From: a bacterium
GTDB taxonomy: Bacteria > Patescibacteriota > Gracilibacteria > UM-FILTER-43-11
Assembly: GCA_030427295.1 (NCBI GenBank)
Contig: JAUHWS010000003.1
Coordinates: 1-55,047, forward strand
Length of the DNA stretch: 55,047 bases
Direction: 5' to 3'
Shown in pieces: positions 47,450 through 55,047 of this stretch (the first letter of the stretch is position 1; each line of letters begins with the position of its first letter). The translations under genes and the position numbers were made by a program. A model generated the notes under the pieces. It did not search any database and was not told the DNA's origin. It worked only from the letters and a program-made list of their open reading frames with translations.

Positions 47450-47682
47450 GGGGTGTGGGGTGGGTATATACTTTCCTCTCAATTACGAATTACGAGTTAC
47501 GAATTACGAATTAAATCGCAAGGCCTAAGACTTCTATTTTTAAACCTTATTCAGATTCTAAATAGCTTAAATAAAACAAATTTTAACTCATTGAGTACCT
47601 GCCTGCCGGCAGGCAGGTTGGAATGAATTGGGGTGAATTAAGACATGAGTATATAGATGGAGAGAGGGTGAGTATATACTTC
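47450..47682 (+). repeat. GTATATAC element, copy 7 (three boxes, type-B core)
   Basis: Boxes at 47464, 47649 and 47672; position of the first box occupied by the REP end. Confidence 0.85.
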
Positions 47683-47840
47683 ATGTCTGATGTCTAATGG
47701 GCTAATGTCTGATTTAGATCATGCGTACTACGTAATCCTTAAACAAAAAACCATTCGTTAACTATTCGCAGCTATCCGCAACCTATTCGTATTCGTAAAC
47801 CATTCATGAGACAATTCGTAAAGCTATTCGTTACACGATC
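47683..47840 (+). repeat. ATGTCTR heptamers plus 11-bp-family array
   Basis: ATGTCTG/ATGTCTA x4, then AACCATTCGT/AACTATTCGC units. Confidence 0.7.
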
Positions 47841-47911
47841 CGGACAAAAACCTTGTGGTTTGGTTAACAAAGTGTTAAATTCTTGGCGGAAAAAAATATA
47901 AAAATAAAACA

Positions 47912-48970
47912 ATGAAAACGAAACTATTCCAGATTGGATTCACGCTTTTTACGGGTCTTACGTTGAGCCTGGGTTCTTTTTTGGGAGCGAATCCTCAAGT
48001 CCTTGCTCAGGATACCTCGACGACTGCATCAGGCATTCAAAATGTTCAAGAGGGCTTTTTAGATTTGGATCGGACCCATCCCTATTATGTGCCTATCCGC
48101 TACATGCAAAAAATCGGAGTGATCAATGGTTATGACGATGGCACGGTTAAGGCTGATAACCCTATTAACAAGGCTGAAGTGACCAAGGTTCTGATTGAGA
48201 CCGTGGGGGCTGATTTAGATGTGGGTTACACTCCCCAATTCCCAGATGTTTTTGAAAAAGACTGGTATAGCCTCTATGCCCTCAAAGGTTATCAAATGGG
48301 CTTTATTAATGGGAATGATGGAACGGGGACCTTTATGGGTGAAAAGCAGATCAATTTAGCGGAATTCTTAAAGATGATGTTCATTACGTACCAAGTGGAC
48401 ACGTCTAAGATTACCGAAGACGAGAAGCTTCCAAACATGCGAAATGGCGAATGGTATGAGCCTTACATCAATTATGCCAACAAGCTTGGTATCATCCAGG
48501 TGAATGTGGATGGTACTGTCAATCCAGGCAAAGTCTTGGACCGGGGTGAAGTCTTGAATATTTTATACTTGTTCAACTTACTTCTAAAAGGAGATGATAT
48601 CCCCTTCCTCCTGGAGCAAGCTGAAGCCCATTTGGCTCAGATTGAATTTTATACGGTCGCCAATCAAGCTGGTTTGGCCAAAAATTCAAGTGAATTGGGA
48701 GTCCAATTGACTCAACAAGCTTATCAATTGAAGCCGACAGATCCTGTTGTTTTGAGTGCCGCCAAAATTGCTAGAGCCTATGATTGGCTGGTAGATGCCT
48801 ATATTTTGGGTATGAAAGGCGAAAATGAAGCGGCGGCTCAAAAAGCTAATGAGGTGATTGATAAAGCCACTGAAGCCTGGGAAGTGAACAATGATGTACA
48901 AGCCATTGCCGCCCATGTGAAGGAGTTGGCACGTCGTGTTTTGGAACAGGTGGGTGGTACAGAAAACTAG
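47912..48970 (+). CDS. S-layer homology (SLH) domain protein
   Basis: Signal peptide; three SLH-like repeats (GVINGYDDGT...INKAE; FPDV..DWY...INLAE; W...LDRGE). Confidence 0.88.
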   Translation: MKTKLFQIGFTLFTGLTLSLGSFLGANPQVLAQDTSTTASGIQNVQEGFLDLDRTHPYYVPIRYMQKIGVINGYDDGTVKADNPINKAEVTKVLIETVGADLDVGYTPQFPDVFEKDWYSLYALKGYQMGFINGNDGTGTFMGEKQINLAEFLKMMFITYQVDTSKITEDEKLPNMRNGEWYEPYINYANKLGIIQVNVDGTVNPGKVLDRGEVLNILYLFNLLLKGDDIPFLLEQAEAHLAQIEFYTVANQAGLAKNSSELGVQLTQQAYQLKPTDPVVLSAAKIARAYDWLVDAYILGMKGENEAAAQKANEVIDKATEAWEVNNDVQAIAAHVKELARRVLEQVGGTEN

Positions 48971-50025
48971 ATTCCGACCACAAAGACAGTGAAGTCTGTT
49001 CCTGCTTCCTCGTCTTCCAGGCCTTGGCCACCCAAAACCACCGTATTGCTTTCGAGGAATTTGATGGTAAGGGCTCCGGTGGCAGCGCTGTACTCATAGC
49101 CGTACATGGCGGGGGCTGCACCCAATGATTCAATTTGTTTTGCCGCTGCTGTCACGTGATACACCTCTGTAAAAAGCTTGTTTCCTAAATTAGTTCCGTC
49201 GTCCGTTAAATAAATTACTGTATCTTCTCCGGTTGTAGAGACATCGGTACGTGTGGCGGTGACCACATTATTGATCTCGGCCCCATTATGATAGTGAGTT
49301 GTACTAACGGTTTGATTGTTGATGATTTGGTAGTTGGTTCCATCACAGACATAAGAATTGTCGTCTGAGGTATTGTGATAAAGACGGCCTGCCAAACCCG
49401 CGTTACAAGTTGGCTCGGCGCCTAAGTTCTCTATCCTGAAATTGAGGGCTTGATTTGAGCCTAAATCAATATTTCCACCCATTTCTAAATCACCATTGAT
49501 GCGCAAGCTTTCAGATAAGTCAAAACGCAGCGCTCCTGCATTCCAAAGGAGAGAACGGTCAGCTCCATCGTCAAAGGTGATGCTGGAATTCGTGGCCGTT
49601 CCATCGCCAATTTGAATCACATCTCCGGTTGCTTCAATGTCAAGAGGAACGTTGGGCGCCCCATTTTGGATGCCCACATTTCCGTCTTGATCGATCAAAA
49701 ATGGGCTGGTGTCATTGGTTTCGTCGTTGACCCGAAAACTCTGCCCCAGATCGTTGTGTTCGACAATGGTTGAACCAAATATAGTCATGCCATCACTCAC
49801 CTCAAACCAATCGTTGGCAATGTCAAAGTGAATGGTTTCAGCAAGCGTATTCCCAAATTGAAGAGAGACGTCTCCTGACACATCATCCCGGGAATCGAGA
49901 ATGAAGGCATTGGCTTTGTCAGACTCAATCAAATATTCGTTTTGAAATACCAGCTTTGCCTGAACCTGAGGTGAATCGATGGAGAGACACAAAAGGAGCA
50001 ATCCAAACCAAACGGATTTTTTCAT
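48967..50025 (-). CDS. Secreted beta-rich fibre-like protein
   Basis: Signal peptide; GNVGI...P...LDI and LYHNT.D...Y.C modules; start uncertain (50025 or 50058). Confidence 0.75.
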   Translation of the reverse strand: MKKSVWFGLLLLCLSIDSPQVQAKLVFQNEYLIESDKANAFILDSRDDVSGDVSLQFGNTLAETIHFDIANDWFEVSDGMTIFGSTIVEHNDLGQSFRVNDETNDTSPFLIDQDGNVGIQNGAPNVPLDIEATGDVIQIGDGTATNSSITFDDGADRSLLWNAGALRFDLSESLRINGDLEMGGNIDLGSNQALNFRIENLGAEPTCNAGLAGRLYHNTSDDNSYVCDGTNYQIINNQTVSTTHYHNGAEINNVVTATRTDVSTTGEDTVIYLTDDGTNLGNKLFTEVYHVTAAAKQIESLGAAPAMYGYEYSAATGALTIKFLESNTVVLGGQGLEDEEAGTDFTVFVVGI

Positions 50026-50086
50026 GACTCTCTTATTTTTTTTGAATGAACGTTTCATGGTCGCGATAAATTGAATCAAAAAATTA

Positions 50087-51946
50087 TTATTTGCTGTAAT
50101 TCCAGTGCACCCGACCGACATTGGCATAATCCAGTGCTCCGGAATTGTCTAGCAATTTGATTTGCACTTCAACCACATCCCCTGAATCCAAGGCAGTACC
50201 TCCGGTACATCCTGTATTAATACTGGCAGCATTGATGGTGCCAGTCGCCCACAGGGCAGCGGATACATTGGTTAAATCATTGGCACATTCTGCACCATCC
50301 GTTAAATTGTAGAGTCGAACTTCAACGTCGTTGTCGGCCTCAATAATGGTTCCGGTTCGATAACGGTAGGTGAAATCATCGGTGGCATTAAAATCGGCTG
50401 GAAGAGGAAAAGTAAAACGCAGATCAATGTCTTGGGTGGTCACGTTAGCTGAGGTCCAATCGTAATAACCGGTTTCTTCTGTAGAATCATAGAGGCTTTC
50501 CAGGGTTCCGCTGTTATTTGACCCATCGGGATAAACAGTGGTGTTTGGATATTCGGGGTAAAAGAGTAGGGTCTCGGTATTGGCTCCAGCGCTGGAGGCT
50601 AGTTCAGCCAGGGCTCCTTCGACATCGGTTGAAACAAAATTTGCTCCTGCATCTTCAATTCCGACCAGCGAAGCTCCTTCGCCGTTAGCGGTGGTGGCCA
50701 AATCTCCCCATTTGAGATCAAGCTTATTGAGTGCAGTGTAAACTGGGTCGTTATCAGCCAGTAGATTGCCTTCGGTGAAGTTGAAAGTACTGGAAGTGGC
50801 GGAACCTAATAAGGCTTCGAGTTCATTTAAGGCTGCTTCAATTTCAGCCCCGGTGAACCAGTTACTGCTATCTTCAAGTCCGACGTTACTGGCCCCTTCC
50901 CCATTGGCGGTGGAGGTGAAGGAATTGATATTATCGACAATTCCATCCCCTGCCAGCGTGGCATCCCAATCGGTGTCTGAGTCACTGAGTTGGACGGTGC
51001 CTGTCAATTGAGCATCGTCTAGAATGATATCGTCCGCAGATGTGATCGTGATATCAGAAAGGGTGTCTGAAGTGATGTCTACACCAGCCCCACCGATGGT
51101 CACTCCCAAGTCAGAATCGATGCCAATGGCTCCCACTGCATCAATGGCAAAACCAACTAGAGCAGTCAAAACATTGTCTGCATCGGCGGCATAAACCGCT
51201 TCAAAATCTTGATTTCCCGAGGCTTGGGAAGTCCAGGTGTCGGCGGCTGTACAGATATAAAGGAGGTTGTCTACGGTGTTGTAAAACATTTGACCTTCCA
51301 AACAGTTGAGTGGGTTCACAATCCCCTGAAACATGTTGAAAGAGGTGGCCCCTGAAAAATCTGCATCCCCGTTCACATCTAGGATGGTTCCCAGGTTAAA
51401 GGTGAGAGTGCCATTGGTGTACTGATCGGAGGTGTCACTTCGTAAAAATTGGGTGGAGTCGAGGGTGTCTAGGGTGTCCGCATCCCCACCTGAAGCAACT
51501 GTTGTCCAGGCTCCTGGATTCCCTACCCCAGTACAAATATAAATGGCATTTTCGTTGGTATCGACCACCAATTCATCGAGAGTGGTACATTGTGCGGCGG
51601 CTTCATCGGCCACTTCTCGAATGTGGAATTCGGTAGCACTTTGAAACAAGAGCGCTCCTGTGGTTGTCAAATTTTCATCGGAGAAAGAGATGTCACCCCC
51701 CGGCGTTGAAACCGTGATGTCTTGGGTGGTGGGATCGTATTGCAGATTGGCATCGGATCCATCATTCCCCAATTGTAGGTTGATGGGAGTGGTGCCAGCA
51801 TTGTTATTGGCATCCAAAATCAACCCCTCGGAGTTGATGTTGTGATAAAGATCGTCCTCAAACAGAAGCCCTGCAGAAACAGAGGGAATGCCTGAAAAGG
51901 TGAGGAAGAGCACCAAGCCAAGATGGGTTGCTTTTTTACGGTTCAT
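50087..51946 (-). CDS. Secreted fibre-like surface protein
   Basis: Signal peptide; DADTLDTLDSTQFLRSD; repeated ANGEGAS.VG.ED...EAAL.EL. Confidence 0.8.
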   Translation of the reverse strand: MNRKKATHLGLVLFLTFSGIPSVSAGLLFEDDLYHNINSEGLILDANNNAGTTPINLQLGNDGSDANLQYDPTTQDITVSTPGGDISFSDENLTTTGALLFQSATEFHIREVADEAAAQCTTLDELVVDTNENAIYICTGVGNPGAWTTVASGGDADTLDTLDSTQFLRSDTSDQYTNGTLTFNLGTILDVNGDADFSGATSFNMFQGIVNPLNCLEGQMFYNTVDNLLYICTAADTWTSQASGNQDFEAVYAADADNVLTALVGFAIDAVGAIGIDSDLGVTIGGAGVDITSDTLSDITITSADDIILDDAQLTGTVQLSDSDTDWDATLAGDGIVDNINSFTSTANGEGASNVGLEDSSNWFTGAEIEAALNELEALLGSATSSTFNFTEGNLLADNDPVYTALNKLDLKWGDLATTANGEGASLVGIEDAGANFVSTDVEGALAELASSAGANTETLLFYPEYPNTTVYPDGSNNSGTLESLYDSTEETGYYDWTSANVTTQDIDLRFTFPLPADFNATDDFTYRYRTGTIIEADNDVEVRLYNLTDGAECANDLTNVSAALWATGTINAASINTGCTGGTALDSGDVVEVQIKLLDNSGALDYANVGRVHWNYSK

Positions 51947-51948
51947 TT

Positions 51949-53322
51949 TTATAAAGTGTTATAGTTAAAAATAATGTCTGCCACGCGGGCAAAATGTGTA
52001 TTGATTGTTGATAAAGTCAATTTTAAAGTGATGTTTTCGCCAGCATTGAAAACTGGAGCACCGCCAAAGGTGATATTTTCGGTGGTCCAACTGGCATTCG
52101 CCAAGTCGGTTCCACCCACCAGGGTCACCGCATCTCCATTGCTGTCATAGAGGGTGACATCGATTTGATTATTGGCGGCCACACCATCATTGCTTCGATA
52201 CAAGAGACTGAGGGGGGCCACGGTGAAGCCGTCAAAATTATCAGGGAGTTTGAAGGACACATAAATGTCGACATCTTGCAAGGTGCCTTCGGTTGTGTTC
52301 CATTCGTAGTAGTTGTATTTGTCCGGACCTCCTTCATCGACAAAATGTGACGTGAGGGTTCCTTTGTTGTTCGATCCATCGATATCGACGACGGCATCTT
52401 CGTATTCGGCATTAAAAACAGCCATGCCAGTTCCTGCCCCACCGTTATCAGTGATGTCTTCCCACACGGCGCCATTCCAAATGTAGGTATTCCCATCGGT
52501 CGTGTTGTGGTAGATTTGACCATCCACGGGTGCTCCAGGAGCGGCAGCTCGATTGTCGATGGCAACATCTTTGAGTTCGTTCTGATTCAAGCTCAGATCG
52601 TTGTTGAATTCAAACCAGTCGTTGGTGACATCAAAACTGAGAATTTGAGACAGGAGGTCTCCAAATTGCAACTCGATATGGCCTCCAGGTCCGACAGTGT
52701 TGTCGTGATCGAGCACAAAGTTATCTGCGTTGGTTCCTCCAGGAATGAAGCTGATGTCCCATACATCCCCAAAACTCAAGGTGGCTAAATCACCGGCACT
52801 GGTGCCAATTTCGGCGTTGTCTAAATAATCGGCATTGTTAGTAAAAGGGGTGCTCCCCATGGTTTGACGGTCATCAGTGTCGGCTCCATCATCACCTGTA
52901 GGATCCATGAGCTCAAAACTAGTGTCTGGATCGAGTTCGGCTTTGATTTCGACCATCAAATATTTGTGCTGAGAGGCATTCATTTCAGCTAGAGGCGTGT
53001 TCTCACCCAACTCCACAAAAAATGTCCCATCGGTGTTGGGCGTCACAACATGCTCTTCTTGCCAACCACTGTAGTTGGGAGCACCCACATTGATGGCTCC
53101 TAGTCCATCAACATCTCCCACTTGAAAGTCATCGGAGGACCAGAGCGAAAAGCGAAAGGTGTGACTCGTGATGATGGGATTATTGGCCGCATCCAATAGC
53201 TTACCTTCATAAACAAATACAGGAGGGGTACTATCCACGGCCTGAACTGTAGAAAAACTACTGATTAAACTGATTAGTAAGAGAATAATGAGTCGATGGA
53301 TGGAATGTCTATTTTTTTTCAT
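51949..53322 (-). CDS. Secreted fibre-like surface protein
   Basis: Signal peptide; YEGKLLD...FRFSLW...GTFFVELG N-terminal module; shares modules with both downstream genes. Confidence 0.8.
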   Translation of the reverse strand: MKKNRHSIHRLIILLLISLISSFSTVQAVDSTPPVFVYEGKLLDAANNPIITSHTFRFSLWSSDDFQVGDVDGLGAINVGAPNYSGWQEEHVVTPNTDGTFFVELGENTPLAEMNASQHKYLMVEIKAELDPDTSFELMDPTGDDGADTDDRQTMGSTPFTNNADYLDNAEIGTSAGDLATLSFGDVWDISFIPGGTNADNFVLDHDNTVGPGGHIELQFGDLLSQILSFDVTNDWFEFNNDLSLNQNELKDVAIDNRAAAPGAPVDGQIYHNTTDGNTYIWNGAVWEDITDNGGAGTGMAVFNAEYEDAVVDIDGSNNKGTLTSHFVDEGGPDKYNYYEWNTTEGTLQDVDIYVSFKLPDNFDGFTVAPLSLLYRSNDGVAANNQIDVTLYDSNGDAVTLVGGTDLANASWTTENITFGGAPVFNAGENITLKLTLSTINTHFARVADIIFNYNTL

Positions 53323-54835
53323 AAAAATAAGAAAAGAGAGCCGTTAAAAGAACTATTGAGATGAGGCCTATTAAAATCCAAATGGGGTTTGAGGGAGTGC
53401 TAAATTCATAGCGTAGATTGCGTGAAATTTTTCCATCTTTGTACACTTGAACCACATTCATTTGATAATGGCCCGACTTTAATTCATCTGGCAGCGTAAA
53501 ATTGAAATCGCCGTTTTTTATTGCATTCGTTTTTAGATAGATCACCTCTTCGGGATGACCATGGTTTGATTCTTGTTGAATGAAGATGTGATATTGACTA
53601 TTGAGTTTTCCCTTTCCCGACAAACGCGCGTTTTTTTCTAGATCGCCCAAATCGATGATCTCGCGATGGACCACTTGATTTAAATCGTAGCTTTCATGGA
53701 TTCGATACTCGTGATCTTCCAAGCGGATGGCCCACTGTTTGAGTACATTTTTTTCAGGATCCTGCAACTGCAAAACATAGTCACCATATTCGAGCACCGT
53801 GAAGGATTCGGTGATTAAAAACCCATTCCGGTCGGTTGTGACTGGCTGCTCTACCCGAATGGTGCCGTCTAAATCTTGAATCATGAGTTGATAGTGTTTT
53901 TGAGGCTCCAACTGAGCGGTGACAAAAAGGGTCTCATCCAAGATGACGATGGGGCTTTGGTGTTGTGAAATTTCTGTTTCAGAAATGGTGTGATCAGTGT
54001 CTGACTGACCATCTTCTATGGGCTGATTTTTGCCTTCCTCATCTTTTATGTTGAGCTGCTGCTCATCGGTGATGTTTCCTTTTTTCAAGATGGGCTTTGC
54101 CTCAACTTTTGCTTGGAAAGGGAATTCTGAAGCTGGGTCGTAATTGGGATTGATTTCAGGTTTATCCAGTTCGAAAAAATCTCCCGAGATGCTCAATTGA
54201 TCCTTTGTTTCAATTTCATCGGGAATTGACTCAACATTTTCCTCTGATTCATCTTCGGGAATTTCTTCCTCCTCTGGCTCTGGTAAAGGTTCGGGCTCAA
54301 CTTCGAGGTCGCAGAATTGATCACAGGAATCACCATTCACCTGATTTCCATCATCGCAAGCTTCCCCCGCTTCTTTGATCCCATTGCCACAAACAGGAGG
54401 CTGAATGTTGCCTCCATTCCCTCCCCCATTGTCGTCATTATTGAAACACGCATCGGTGACGATGGAACAGCCTACACATTGAAGACCCCCTGAATCGAAG
54501 CCATAATCCCCACAAGTCAGCCCGCCGTAGTCTGGGTCATCACAATCTTCACCCACTTCAATCACTCCATTGCCGCAGACGGGCAATACCACGGTGGCTT
54601 CAGCGTAGACATTGTGCATGATGAACGTATCTGATTCGCCCTCAACAGAAATATCAGAAACCGCGTCTTCCATTTGAAAGGAATTTGAACTGGATTGATC
54701 AGCATCATTGGTCAGGCGTCCGTAATCCATACGGAAGCTGGTAGATTCACTGCTTTCGGCCATTACTGCATTGGTGAATAAAAGGATTCCCACCATCAGC
54801 ATAGCCCCATGTTTTTTGTTTGTTTTGATTTTCAC
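53309..54835 (-). CDS. Surface protein with myxococcal Cys-rich (DUF4215-like) repeats and a C-terminal TM anchor
   Basis: CGNGVIEVGEDCD and CGNGIKEAGEACDDGN...DSC...C; acidic linker; C-terminal TM. Confidence 0.85.
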   Translation of the reverse strand: MKIKTNKKHGAMLMVGILLFTNAVMAESSESTSFRMDYGRLTNDADQSSSNSFQMEDAVSDISVEGESDTFIMHNVYAEATVVLPVCGNGVIEVGEDCDDPDYGGLTCGDYGFDSGGLQCVGCSIVTDACFNNDDNGGGNGGNIQPPVCGNGIKEAGEACDDGNQVNGDSCDQFCDLEVEPEPLPEPEEEEIPEDESEENVESIPDEIETKDQLSISGDFFELDKPEINPNYDPASEFPFQAKVEAKPILKKGNITDEQQLNIKDEEGKNQPIEDGQSDTDHTISETEISQHQSPIVILDETLFVTAQLEPQKHYQLMIQDLDGTIRVEQPVTTDRNGFLITESFTVLEYGDYVLQLQDPEKNVLKQWAIRLEDHEYRIHESYDLNQVVHREIIDLGDLEKNARLSGKGKLNSQYHIFIQQESNHGHPEEVIYLKTNAIKNGDFNFTLPDELKSGHYQMNVVQVYKDGKISRNLRYEFSTPSNPIWILIGLISIVLLTALFSYFYEKK

Positions 54836-55047
54836 GTGTTATTTAAAAAATCTTATTATTTTACTCTATTTTTAGGCTTTTAGCCATCAAGCTGAGTTGT
54901 TTAGTTTTAAAAAAGGTGGTTTACATGGTTAAATTTATTTAAAAAATTATATTATTGAGTGTTTAGTGTGTGGCGCTTAGCGTTTAGCTGTTAGCTGTTA
55001 GACAAGCGGCATTTTGAGTGCACCATTTATTCCGTCAGGATCCCCCC

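Noticed and set aside
48967-54835. Prophage or DGR target locus
   Set aside because: The proteins have signal peptides; no capsid, terminase, integrase or reverse transcriptase gene, and no adenine-variant repeat pair noticed
1-55047. Genetic code 25 (TGA=Gly) as in Gracilibacteria
   Set aside because: Conserved genes are intact under code 11, and several end at TGA at the expected position (gltX, cyclophilin, RMD1)
1-55047. tRNA, rRNA or known riboswitch
   Set aside because: None recognised by eye; tRNAscan-SE and Infernal would be needed to exclude them

Overview
Chromosomal window of a bacterium that looks like Patescibacteria/CPR, Peregrinibacteria-like (inferred from gene content and style). 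It uses the standard code, with TGA as stop. It holds housekeeping genes (trxB, lepA, rpmA, gltX, ribE/ribH, a P-type ATPase), a GT4-GH57-GH15 alpha-glucan cluster, two convergent RelE-type TA pairs, a type IV pilus locus, an SLH protein and an operon of mosaic fibre-like surface proteins. Orphan genes include two highly diverged ClpP-like paralogs, a PurN-like formyltransferase behind a putative leader-peptide attenuator and an N-formylglutamate amidohydrolase-like protein. The most striking signal is non-coding. Seven dispersed ~220-270 bp intergenic elements, one every ~5-10 kb, are each bounded by two ~36-bp direct repeats carrying invariant GTATATAC/GTATATAG boxes exactly 23 bp apart. The cores between the repeats are interchangeable and of quantised length (box-to-box 188, 211, 232-233 bp). 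The elements sit in an ordered mosaic of other repeat modules: REP-like hairpins, loopless 30-bp palindromes, and 7-bp and 11-bp tandem arrays. No transposase, integrase, cas or RT gene was seen. All family calls come from motifs read by eye; no database search was run.
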